NCBI GenBank assembly: GCA_046290465.1 | Contig: JBKAGP010000001.1 | Span: 1,024,001-1,088,000 of the forward strand | Origin: Planctomycetota bacterium | Lineage (GTDB): Bacteria; Planctomycetota; UBA1135; UBA2386 | Length of the DNA: 64,000 nt | Reading direction: 5' to 3' | Shown here: positions 9,806 to 19,205 of the stretch, piece after piece | Position numbering within the stretch: position 1 is the first letter of the stretch | How the letters are laid out: each line of letters opens with the position of its first letter | Made by a program: the position numbers and the translations under genes | Notes under the pieces: generated by a model | Databases searched by the model: none | Seen by the model: only the letters and a program-made list of their open reading frames with translations | Told to the model about the DNA's origin: nothing

Positions 9806-11404
9806 TCACGCCCCGGCGGCGGATGCCGTTCGGGCTGTAGCGAGTCTAACCCGAAGCACCAGGGCGTGCGCTGCTCCGAGCGCCGTCAGCAGCGCCAGCA
9901 GGGGTCCGGTGAGCCGACGCAACCATGCCAACGGCGGGACGTTGCCACTGCCACGATCGAGCGAAACCTGCAGAATTCTCGCGTCGGCGCGCGGCGCGGG
10001 CTGCAGCGGCAGGCCGGCGTCGACGACGCCCGAAGATCGCACCGCGACCGAGTGCCCGTCCATCGTGCAGCGAACGATCGGCACGACATTCTCACAGGCG
10101 CGCACGACGGTCATTGCGACCATCTGGCTGAGTTCGGCGCCGCCGCGATACCAGGCCTCGTTGGACAGCACGACCAGGAACTCGGCGCCCTGCTCGACCT
10201 GCGCCGCTGCCGGCGCGGGGAACGCGTTGTCGTAGCAGAGCAGCGCGCCGAACTTCAGGCCGGCGGCGGTCGTCATCGGCGGCCGCGGGACGCCGGGACG
10301 GCAGTCGGGCGGCGCGCCGAGCGCTTCCTGGAACGTCGCGCGCAGCGACGCCGCCATGCCGTCCGGCAGCAGGCCGACCAGCGGCAGGAACTCGCCGCCG
10401 GGCACGAGCCGCTGCTTGTCGTGGTGCGCGAGGATGCGGCCGTTCGGCAGCTCGAGCAGGTACGCGGTCGGCGTCGTCTCGTCGCCGGTGCGCAGGTTCG
10501 CCCCCACCACCAGGCGCGCGGCCGTCGCCGGAAACCGCCCGCCGAGCATCGCGATGCGCCCGGCCTCGACCTCCCGCACGTCCGGCGCCTCGTCGACGCT
10601 GCTCTCCGGCCACAGCACCAGGTCCGGCGTCGGCTGCGCCGCGAGCGCGCGCCGCGTCGGCTCGAGGAAGCGCCGGGAGAACTGCCGGCCGCGCTCGGCG
10701 CGCGACATCTGCCACAGATCGAACGGATGCAGGCCCGGCTCGATCGCGGCGATGCGGATCGGATCGCGATCCTGCTGCGGCGCGCCGAGCCCGCTGGCGA
10801 GCCACGATCCGGTCGCCGCGACCGCGACCAGCAGCAGCCACGCGAGCCCGAGCCAGCTCCCCGCACGCCGCCACGACGGCTTCGCCACCCGCCAGCTCGA
10901 CCAGACCCCGACGGTAGTCGCCGCGCACAGCGCCAGCAGCCCGTTCATCAGCGGCTCGCCGCCGACCGTGACGATCCGCATCAGCGCCGGCCACTGGTAC
11001 AGGCAGTGGCAAGGCTGGCCGTGCGGATAGTGGATCTCCGGCATCGCCGCGCGCAGCCAGAACGTTCCGGCCACCGCCACCGCGAAGCCGACCGGCCGCC
11101 ATACCTTCGGCGTGCCGCGCACGCACGCGGTCGCCAGCAGGTAGTAGAGGCCACCGACGACGACGATGGCGACGTAGGCCGGCAGCAACACGTGGCGCAC
11201 CGACCACGAGAACCAGGCCATGTGCACGCAGCCGAACAGGTAGCTGTGCAGCAGCGGTCGGCGGCCGCCGCTCGCGATCGCGAACCAGACCGCCAGCGCC
11301 GGCACGACCAGCCACTCCCCCAACGGCACGATCGCCGGTGGCGTCGCCAGGCCGAGCAGCAGCCCGCCGACCAGAGCGACGAGCAACCCCGGCCCCGACG
11401 TCAC
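9806..11404 (-). CDS. lnt: Apolipoprotein N-acyltransferase
   Basis: N-terminal TMs plus nitrilase-fold motifs WPES, K.RLVP.GE, LLCYD, VVLSNEAW. GTG start overlaps the moeA stop. Confidence 0.9.
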   Translation of the reverse strand: MTSGPGLLVALVGGLLLGLATPPAIVPLGEWLVVPALAVWFAIASGGRRPLLHSYLFGCVHMAWFSWSVRHVLLPAYVAIVVVGGLYYLLATACVRGTPKVWRPVGFAVAVAGTFWLRAAMPEIHYPHGQPCHCLYQWPALMRIVTVGGEPLMNGLLALCAATTVGVWSSWRVAKPSWRRAGSWLGLAWLLLVAVAATGSWLASGLGAPQQDRDPIRIAAIEPGLHPFDLWQMSRAERGRQFSRRFLEPTRRALAAQPTPDLVLWPESSVDEAPDVREVEAGRIAMLGGRFPATAARLVVGANLRTGDETTPTAYLLELPNGRILAHHDKQRLVPGGEFLPLVGLLPDGMAASLRATFQEALGAPPDCRPGVPRPPMTTAAGLKFGALLCYDNAFPAPAAAQVEQGAEFLVVLSNEAWYRGGAELSQMVAMTVVRACENVVPIVRCTMDGHSVAVRSSGVVDAGLPLQPAPRADARILQVSLDRGSGNVPPLAWLRRLTGPLLALLTALGAAHALVLRVRLATARTASAAGA

Positions 11405-12642
11405 GGCAGGTCGACGCCGCGGGCGCCGCCGGACAGCTCGATCGAGTCGACCTGATCCCGGGCCGTGTCCGACGGCACCAGCGCGTAGCACGAGCCGAGC
11501 AGCAGGCTGAACGGGTCGCCGCTCGGCGACGGCCTGGCCAGCTCCGCGGCGAGCCCGCCGTCGGCGCCGGCGACCAGGCGCGCCGGCACCGCCTGCATGC
11601 GCCAGTTCTTCTTCCAGGTGGTGTCGGCCAGCGGGACGCGCAGGCCCCAGCTGCCGGGTTCGCTGCCGTGCCAGCGCTTCAGCGCCGGGCGCACCAGCAG
11701 GTCGAACACCGTGAACGACGACGCCGGGTTGCCCGGCAGGCCGAACACGTACTGCTCGCGTTCGCCGTGCTTGCGCACGCCGAAGTAGGTCGGCTTGCCG
11801 GGCTTCAGCTTGATGCCGTGGAACTCCGTGTGCACGCCGAGCTCGGTCAGCGTCTGGTGGACCAGGTCGTGCGTGCCCTTGCTGATGCCGCCGATCGTCA
11901 CCACGAAGTCGGCGTCGGTGAGCGCGGCCTCGAGCATCGCGCGCAGGCCGGCCGGTTGGTCCGGCGCGATGCCACAGCGCGTCGCGACCCCACCGCACTC
12001 GGCGACCTGCGCGGCGAGCGCCCACGAGTTGGACTCGCGCACCTGGTGCGGCAGCGGCGTGCGTTCGACCGGCACGACCTCGTCGCCGGTCGCAACGATC
12101 GCGACCTTCGGGCGGCTGGCGACGTCGACCTGGTGCTGGCCGAGCACCGCCAGCACGCCGATCTCGGCCGCCTGCAGCAAGCGGCCCGGCGCCAGCACCT
12201 CGACGCCGGCGTCGCGTTCGCTGCCCTTCGGCCGGATGTTGGCGCCCTGTGCCAGCGCCTCGGTGACGGTGACCTGGTCGCCCTCGTAGCCGGACGTGAT
12301 CTCGACCGGCGCGACCGCGTCGCCGCCCTTCGGCACCACCGCGCCGGTCATGATGCGGATCGCCTGGCCCGGCTGCAGTTCGCCGTCGAACGGCTTGCCG
12401 GCGAGGCTCTCGCCGACGACCGGCAGCGTGGTGCCGGCGTCGAGGCCGTGCAGGCCGACGCAGAACGCGAACCCGTCCATCGCCGAACGGTCGGTCGCCG
12501 GCCACGGGCCGTCGGTGCGGATCGACGCGGCCAGCACCCGGCCGTGGGCGTCGGCCAGCGACGCGCGCTCGACACGGTGGCCCGGGGTGATGCGCGTGAG
12601 CACGTGCTCGCGCGCGGCGTGCAGTTCGAGGGGGGTCGCCAT
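11401..12642 (-). CDS. moeA: Molybdopterin molybdotransferase MoeA
   Basis: SAMDGFA, IMTGA.VP, TGDEV, KPGKP, GLPGNP. Confidence 0.95.
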   Translation of the reverse strand: MATPLELHAAREHVLTRITPGHRVERASLADAHGRVLAASIRTDGPWPATDRSAMDGFAFCVGLHGLDAGTTLPVVGESLAGKPFDGELQPGQAIRIMTGAVVPKGGDAVAPVEITSGYEGDQVTVTEALAQGANIRPKGSERDAGVEVLAPGRLLQAAEIGVLAVLGQHQVDVASRPKVAIVATGDEVVPVERTPLPHQVRESNSWALAAQVAECGGVATRCGIAPDQPAGLRAMLEAALTDADFVVTIGGISKGTHDLVHQTLTELGVHTEFHGIKLKPGKPTYFGVRKHGEREQYVFGLPGNPASSFTVFDLLVRPALKRWHGSEPGSWGLRVPLADTTWKKNWRMQAVPARLVAGADGGLAAELARPSPSGDPFSLLLGSCYALVPSDTARDQVDSIELSGGARGVDLP

Positions 12643-12697
12643 ACGTGGGGCAACCTATGCGCCGGCTGCCGGCCGACGCAACCCGGGACCGCGCGGA

Positions 12698-13162
12698 TCA
12701 GTCGTTGGCGATGGTGACGATCAGGTCGCCCATGTCGCTGCTGACGATGCAGGTCACGCCGTCCTTCAGGGCGCGGTCGGTCATCCGGCCGGCCTCCTCG
12801 TCGGCCAGCTCCTGCGGCAGGCCGATCAGCAGCGACTCCTCTTCGGTCGACATCTGCATCACCAGTTCGCCGCCGAACACGTTGGCGAGTTCGGAGACCG
12901 CCGCGCGGCCGTGGTCGTCGACGTCGATCTCGTCGGGCTCGCAGCCCATCATGCCCGACGCGACCTCCTGGATCAGGCCGGCCGTCGCCGAGACGGTGAC
13001 GGTGTAGCTGCGTGGGCCGCGCAACTCGATCGACGAGTGCGCCGCGGCCCGGGCCAGCACCTCACCGGCGGTGAGCTCGCTGTCCTCGGTGAACACGAAC
13101 GCCATGCGCTCGAGGGCGTTGGTCACCAGGCCCTGCAGGTTCTCGTAGGAAACGGTCAGCAT
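12698..13162 (-). CDS. CheX/CheC-like chemotaxis phosphatase
   Basis: AVSELANVFGG (E-x-x-N motif). Last gene of the che cluster. Confidence 0.7.
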   Translation of the reverse strand: MLTVSYENLQGLVTNALERMAFVFTEDSELTAGEVLARAAAHSSIELRGPRSYTVTVSATAGLIQEVASGMMGCEPDEIDVDDHGRAAVSELANVFGGELVMQMSTEEESLLIGLPQELADEEAGRMTDRALKDGVTCIVSSDMGDLIVTIAND

Positions 13163-13171
13163 GTTGATCTC

Positions 13172-13552
13172 CTACGACTCCCCGAACAGGCTTTCGACGA
13201 GGTCGCGCAGCTCTTCGGGTTCGAAGGGCTTGCGCAGATAGTGCTCGACGCCGAGTTCGGTCATCCGCGCGAGGCGCTTCTGGTTGCCCTCGGTCGTGAC
13301 CAGGGCGACCTTGATGTCGGCGAGCGCCGGGTCCTTGACCTTCTCCTCGACGAACTGGAAGCCGTCCATCACCGGCATGTTGATGTCGAGCAGCACGATG
13401 TCGGCCGGTTCCTGGCGCAGCTTGTCGAGCGCCTCCTGGCCGTTGGTGGCCTCGCGGACCAGCGTGGCGGTGGCGCCCGCCTGCAGCGCGGCCCGGCGCG
13501 CCGTGGCGCGCAGCAGCGGAGAGTCGTCGACGATCAGAATGCGGTAGTTCAT
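13172..13552 (-). CDS. cheY: CheY-like single-domain response regulator
   Basis: ILIVDDS, LLDINMPVMDG, VTT, YLRKPF. Confidence 0.9.
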   Translation of the reverse strand: MNYRILIVDDSPLLRATARRAALQAGATATLVREATNGQEALDKLRQEPADIVLLDINMPVMDGFQFVEEKVKDPALADIKVALVTTEGNQKRLARMTELGVEHYLRKPFEPEELRDLVESLFGES

Positions 13553-13553
13553 G

Positions 13554-14087
13554 CTATTTCCCCCTGACCAGCTGCGAGGCGTCCGCCGACTGCCACAGCT
13601 GCTTGTCGTGGCCGCGCGCGCGCACGTCGACGGCGCCGGTCACGAGATCCAGACACATGGTGCGCGCGTGCGCACCGCCGATGTCCTCCGCGGCGAGTTG
13701 GAGGTTCATCTTCCAGAGCACCTTGCGCAGCATGGTGCGGTTGCGCTTGCCGATCGCCATGTTGGCGGCCCCCTCGAGGATCTCGGCGCCGCCGGCGGCG
13801 ACCAGCACGAGGCGGTTCTGCAGCGCCCCCCGCTCGACCAGCCGACGGAACATGTAGGGGATCCCGGTGGTCGCGTACATGAACTGCTTGAGCTGCTTGG
13901 GGTCGGACTTGACGCTCGGCTGCGGCAACATGAAGTGCAGCATGCCGCCGACCTGCGCCGCCGGATCGTAGGCCGTCAGGCCAATGCACGAACCGAGCGC
14001 GTAGGTGACGATGCGCTGGTCCTGCGCCGAGCCGATCGCCATGTCCGCGACGCCGACGACCAGGTCGTTGTGCCGGGTGTCGCTCAT
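13554..14087 (-). CDS. cheD: Chemoreceptor glutamine deamidase CheD
   Basis: TYALGSCIG, GGMLHFMLP, IGKRN, AEDIGG..AR. Confidence 0.93.
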   Translation of the reverse strand: MSDTRHNDLVVGVADMAIGSAQDQRIVTYALGSCIGLTAYDPAAQVGGMLHFMLPQPSVKSDPKQLKQFMYATTGIPYMFRRLVERGALQNRLVLVAAGGAEILEGAANMAIGKRNRTMLRKVLWKMNLQLAAEDIGGAHARTMCLDLVTGAVDVRARGHDKQLWQSADASQLVRGK

Positions 14088-14587
14088 TGTGCGGCGCCCT
14101 GCGGCAGCGCCGACGGATCGATGTCGCCGATGACCTTGTCGATGTCGAGCAGGATCAGCACGCGGTCCTTGAGCTTGGCGAGGCCGTCGATGTAGTCCCC
14201 CGACGAGTTGGCGCACCGCGGCGGCCCCTCGAAGTGCTCGGCACCGATCGTCAGCACCTCGCTGACGCTGTCGACGATGCAGCCGACGCGGAACGCCGAC
14301 TCGGAGTCACTGCCGCAGTCGACGACGACGATGCAGGTCTCGTTGGTGAACTCGGTCGGCTCCATGCCGAACTTCCGGCGCAGGTCGATGACCGGGATGA
14401 TGCGGCCGCGCAGGTTGACGACGCCGAGCACGAAGTCGGGCGTGCGCGGCAGCGAGGTGACCTCGACCATGCCGATGATCTCGCGGACCTTCAGGATCGC
14501 GATCCCGTACTCCTCCTTGGACAACTGGAAGGAGAGGAACTTGCCGCCGGCGAACGTCGTGGCCGCGCTTTCGATCGTGGTGCTCAT
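14084..14587 (-). CDS. cheW: Chemotaxis coupling protein CheW
   Basis: KFLSFQL..EEYGI.ILKVREI, GVVNLRGRIIPVIDLR. Confidence 0.95.
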   Translation of the reverse strand: MSTTIESAATTFAGGKFLSFQLSKEEYGIAILKVREIIGMVEVTSLPRTPDFVLGVVNLRGRIIPVIDLRRKFGMEPTEFTNETCIVVVDCGSDSESAFRVGCIVDSVSEVLTIGAEHFEGPPRCANSSGDYIDGLAKLKDRVLILLDIDKVIGDIDPSALPQGAAQ

Positions 14588-14606
14588 CGTGGGTTCGGTT
14601 TCTGCG

Positions 14607-17093
14607 TCACACCGTCAGGATGGAATCGACCAGCGTGCCGACGTCGATGATCAGTGCGACGCGGCCATCGGTCATGATCGCGCCGCCGGACAGGCCGACG
14701 ATGCGGTCGCGGGACATGCCCAGGGACTTGATGACGACCTGCTGCTGGCCGACGATCTCGTCGACGAACAGGCAGCTGCGCTGGCCGTCGACCTCGACGA
14801 CGATCAGGATGCCCTCGTCGAGGTCGTCGGTGCCGTCGACCTGGTCGAACACGTCCTTCAGCCGGTAGATCGGCAGCACGGCGCCGCGCACGTGCACGCA
14901 CTCGCCGCGGTCGACCACGTGGTGCACGTCGTCGACGTTGGGACGGAAGCTCTGCTCGATGCTCAGCGTCGGCACCACGTAGCGGCTCTTGCCGACGCGC
15001 ACGATCATGCCGTCGATGATCGCCAGCGTCAGCGGCAGGCGCAGGCGGAACGTGGTGCCCTCGCCGAGCACGCTCTCGATCTCGATCTTGCCGCGCAGCG
15101 CCTCGATGTTGCGGCGCACGACGTCCATGCCGACGCCGCGACCACTCAGGTCGGTGACCTTCTCGGCGGTCGAGAAGCCCGGCAGGAAGATCATGTTGAA
15201 GACTTCGCTGTCGCTCATCGACTGCGCGTTGGTGTCGGCGGCGATCAAGCCCTTCGACACGGCCTTCTCGAACACCTTGCTGCGGTCGATGCCGCGGCCG
15301 TCGTCGCGGATCTAGATGACGATCGAACCGCCCTGGTGGTAGGCGCTCAGCGACAGCTGGCCTTCCTCGTCCTTGCCGACCGTGCCCCGGTCCGCGGGCG
15401 CTTCGATGCCGTGGTCGATCGCGTTGCGGATCATGTGCACCAGCGGATCCGAGATCTGCTCGACGACGTTGCGGTCGAGCTCGGTGTCCTCGCCGGCGAT
15501 CGTCAGGTTGACGCGCTTCTTGGACTTGCTGGCGACGTCGCGCACCAGGCGCGCCATCTTCTGGAAGGTCGACTTGACGGTGACCATGCGCAGCGACATC
15601 GCCGCCTCCTGCAGGTCCCGCGTGATCTTGCCGACCTGGCCGATGTTGCGCGACAGCCCCTGGCTGTCGAGGCGCTGGATCGCCGGGTCCTGCAGCACCA
15701 TCGACTGCGCGATGACCAGTTCGCCGACCATGTCGACCAGCATGTCCAGGCGCGTCGTGCTGACCTTGATGGTGCGCTCGACGCGCGCGGCCTTGACCTC
15801 GACCTTCTTCTTGGCCGGCGGCTGCGGCGTGACCACGGCCGGCCCATCGCCGGCGGACGAACCTCCAGCGGGCCCATCCCCGGCGGGCGACGCACCGGCG
15901 GGCGTTTGCTCGGATGGCGTCGCCCCCGCGGGCGTCGCCGCGGTCGCCTGGCTCTTCGCGACGGCCAGCTTCTCGGCAGCCTCTTCGGCCGGCTCTTCGG
16001 CCGGCTCTTCGCCCGGCTTCGGCCCGTCCTGCTGCGACGCTTCCGGCGGCGCCGACTCGGCGTCCACCCGGCGATCGGCGCGTTCGGCCAGCTGGTCCTT
16101 GAGCTGCTGCCACGCACCGACGGTCGGCGCGTCCTGGCCCTCGAGCGCGGCGATCATCTGCGTGATCATGTCGCCGGCCGCGAGCACCAGATCGATGTCC
16201 TCGGCGTCGAACACGAAGCGCCCGGAACGGCCACCGTCGAGCAGCGTCTCGGCGACGTGCGCCAGCTCCACCACCGCCGTCAGGTTCAGGAACCCGGCGA
16301 CGCCCTTGATGGTGTGAAACGCGCGGAACGTCAGGTTGAGGTTCTCGACGTTGTCGGGCTCGCGCGACAGCTCGACCATCGCGACCTCGGCGTCCGCAAG
16401 GTGCGAGCGCGCCTCCGAGACGAACTCCGCCTTGACGTCGTGCGTCAGCCGTTCGACGAACTGCTTGATCTGGTCGCCGAACGCCAGCAGCGTGTCGACC
16501 GGGAACGGCTGGCCGCTCTCGACGATCGCGTCGATCGTCGTCTCCGCCTGGTGGCAGAGCGTCTGCGGCGTGAGCATGTTGAGCACACCGAACTCGGCCT
16601 TCAGCGTGTGCACCGTGCGACGGATGCCCGACACGGTCTCCTCGAAGCGGTCGCCGGCCGACTCGACCGACAGCAGCTCCTCCTCGAGATCGGTCAGCGC
16701 ACCGAGCGCGTTGCCGACGAACATGCCGACGGTCTCGGCGAACTGCTGGTCCTCGGCGTCGCTGCCGACCGACAGCACTTCCGGCGCCTGGATGCCGTCG
16801 GTCGCGTCGCCGTTCTCGGCGGCCGCGGCCCACTGCTCGGCGAACGTGACGACCTCGTCGAGGTGCCGCTGGATCAGCTCCGCGTGCTCGGCCAGCTGCT
16901 CGTTGCCGAGCAGCGTCGTGATGGTCTCGGCGCCGGCCTCACACAGCAGCGCGAGCTGCTCGCAGGCCTCTTTGCGCGCCTCCTTCTCGACCTCGCGCAT
17001 CTTGCTGGCGACGTCTGCCGCGAGCGCGGTGCCGCCGTCCTGGAAGCGGTCGACGAGCTCACGAAGGCTCTGGATTCCCGTAGCGATCGACAT
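14607..17093 (-). pseudogene. cheA: Chemotaxis histidine kinase CheA (two HPt motifs) interrupted by one in-frame TAG at 15312-15314
   Basis: HTLK and HTIKG HPt motifs, LDMLVDMVGELV, HMIRNAIDHG. Then GSIVI*IRDDGRGID continues in frame to GFST, SGRGVGMDVV and a CheW-like domain. Confidence 0.85.
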
Positions 17094-17187
17094 GGGCGTT
17101 GTTCGCCCCAGTCATCGGTTTCCCCTGCTCGCCGACTTGAGAGTCCCGCGCTGCGCAAGATGCCGTCAGGAACAACCCTACGGTTGC

Positions 17188-18198
17188 TCAGCGACCGCTG
17201 CGCAGCGCCGCGCCACACAGCTTGTACAGCACGCGCGCGCCGACGTTGGCGTCCCACTCGTCGTCGCCGGGCGCGACCTCGACCAGATCGAAACCGACCA
17301 CCTGACGGCCGCTGTCGGCGAGCCGCTGCAGCAGGTGCGCGAGCTCGGCGAACTGCAGCCCGCCCGGCACCGGCGTGCCCGTGTTGGGGCACAGCGCCGG
17401 GTCCAGGCCGTCGATGTCGACGCTGATCCAGACCCGCTGCGGTAGCGCCTGCAGCGCCTCGTCGACCAGCGCATCGAACGTCACGCCGGCGAAGCGCCGC
17501 CGCTGCCAGTCCGCGTCGAAGTGCGTCACGACCCGGCCGTCGCTGCCGTGGATCGCGCGCAGCTCGCCTTCGCCGTAGTCGCGGATGCCGACTTGCACCA
17601 GCCGCTGCACCCCGGGGCAGTCGGCCAGCACGTTGTGCATGATCGACGCATGGCTCCAGCGAAACCCCTCGTAGGCGTCGCGCAGGTCGGCGTGCGCATC
17701 GACGTGCAGGATGCCGAGCGGCTGGCGCGCGGCCGCCGCAGCGATCGCGGCGTACGGGATCGAATGGTCGCCGCCGAGCACCCCGACGATCTGGCCCGCA
17801 TCGAGCAGCGGCTCGACCTGCGCCCGCAGCGAACGGTTGACCCGTTCGCCCGCGGCATCGACGTCGCGGACCCGCGCGTCGCCAGGCTCGACCCCGCCGG
17901 CCGCGAGGATCGGCGCCGCCAGCTCCCGCGCCTGCTGGTGCGCCTCGACGACCGCCGGATCGGCCTCGAGCAGGTGGATGCCCGCCTCGTAGACCCGGCC
18001 GAAGTGGAAGTCGAACAGGTCGACCTGGTGGCTGGCGGCGAGCATCGCGTCCGGCCCGTTCTCGGCGCCGCCGCCATACGACACGGTCGCCGCAAACGGC
18101 ACCGGCACCAGCACGATCCGGGCGTCCCCGACCGGGCAGTCGAGGCCAAAGATGCCGCTGTCCGGCGTGGCTGCCGCGTCAGGATCGAAACCGCTCAT
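17188..18198 (-). CDS. speB: Agmatinase / ureohydrolase family
   Basis: GGDHS, HVDAHADL, DIDGLDP, TGTPVPGG, GFDLVE. Confidence 0.88.
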   Translation of the reverse strand: MSGFDPDAAATPDSGIFGLDCPVGDARIVLVPVPFAATVSYGGGAENGPDAMLAASHQVDLFDFHFGRVYEAGIHLLEADPAVVEAHQQARELAAPILAAGGVEPGDARVRDVDAAGERVNRSLRAQVEPLLDAGQIVGVLGGDHSIPYAAIAAAAARQPLGILHVDAHADLRDAYEGFRWSHASIMHNVLADCPGVQRLVQVGIRDYGEGELRAIHGSDGRVVTHFDADWQRRRFAGVTFDALVDEALQALPQRVWISVDIDGLDPALCPNTGTPVPGGLQFAELAHLLQRLADSGRQVVGFDLVEVAPGDDEWDANVGARVLYKLCGAALRSGR

Positions 18199-18256
18199 GC
18201 AGGCCGATTCAGCAGGTTCGGCGGCGCGGCGCAAGGCGCCAGGCGCGGTAGACGGT

Positions 18257-18354
18257 AAAAAAAGGCTCCCTGGCTGGGGGTTGTTCGGTCTTGCGCGTCA
18301 GGAGGAAGTCGAAGCGTCGTTCGAACGGGGAGGAGAGAATCCAGCCAGGGAGCC
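18257..18354 (-). terminator. Terminator-like stem in the agmatinase leader (14-bp stem, 63-nt loop, U7)
   Basis: Minus strand GGCTCCCTGGCTGG...CCAGCCAGGGAGCC-TTTTTTT, ~60 nt before the ATG. Confidence 0.7.
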
Positions 18355-18536
18355 CACCTCGTCTCGTTTGCGGGTCCATGCCACCCGCACCCGCATCTAC
18401 TCATAAATCGCAGGAGAGTTACACCCCCTGCAGGAGACTTTTTGGCAACGGCTTGCTACCGGGGCCTCGGAGAACGTGGTTTTGCCCCTTGAGTCCGGGC
18501 GAACGATCTGCTTTAACGCTTCGCCCGAAACGGTTT

Positions 18537-18613
18537 GGCAGGATAGCTCAGTCGGTTAGAGCGAAGGCTTCATAAGCCTTAGGTCCCCGGTTCAAGTCCG
18601 GGTCCTGCTACCA
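18537..18613 (+). tRNA. tRNA with CAT anticodon (probably elongator tRNA-Met; Ile2 not excluded)
   Basis: GGCAGGA/TCCTGCT acceptor stem, D-arm AGCTCAGTCGGTTAGAGC, AAGGC-TTCATAA-GCCTT, GTTCAAGTC T-loop, encoded CCA. Confidence 0.96.
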
Positions 18614-18944
18614 CTTCGCGGAGCGGAACGGGCGTTCGCTCGCGTCCGACTGCGCCTCGCGACCGCGCGTCTGCCAGGCCGCGGGACCCGCGCGCTGCAG
18701 CGTCGCGATCCCTCCGGATCGACCATGGCTCGAGATGCTCAGCGGGCCTGCAGCGTGGTCCACTCAAGGCTGCCGAGTCGAAGAGCCCTCGACACCCAGC
18801 CTGGGCTCCGGCAGCGCGTTGTGATCAGGCGGGAAGACACCCTCGACGGAAGCGCGCCATACGATTCCGTGGCCGCCCAGCACGGGCAGCACGATGTCCG
18901 TGAGGCCGTCGCCGGTGGCGTCGCCGGTCGCATGGCACCCGCCG

Positions 18945-19030
18945 TAGCGGGCAAAGCCCCGTCCGCACGCGTACACGCCGCTTCCGCGATCACGGTCGGC
19001 AGCGCGTCCACTACATGGACGCGCTCCTAG
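18945..19030 (-). repeat. REP/MITE-like repeat copy 2 (86 bp)
   Basis: Reverse complement is identical to 34708-34793. Confidence 0.95.
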
Positions 19031-19205
19031 AGGCGGAAAGCGGGCAGGACGCGGTTCGTGTCGGCAAGGCTCGGAGCCTCTACGGCGCCGAAGGCACCCC
19101 AGGCGGCGGTCAGCACGAAGCAGAGCGAATTGGTCATGTCGGGTTCCCCTCGAGGGTGTCCGTTTCTCGACGCGCGCAGCGAGCAAGGCGAGGTCGTAGT
19201 CGCCT

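Noticed and set aside
15312..15314. Pyrrolysine or genome-wide TAG recoding
   Set aside because: TAG is a genuine stop for many genes here (kinase, rodA, mreB, cheY) and no pyl genes are in the window
15830..16030. Short repeats within cheA (AEEP, PAGDGP)
   Set aside because: Ordinary low-complexity linker between the HPt and dimerisation domains
18264..18358. SRP (4.5S) RNA on the plus strand
   Set aside because: Long closing stem is present, but the conserved CAGG-GNRA-AGCAG domain IV is not
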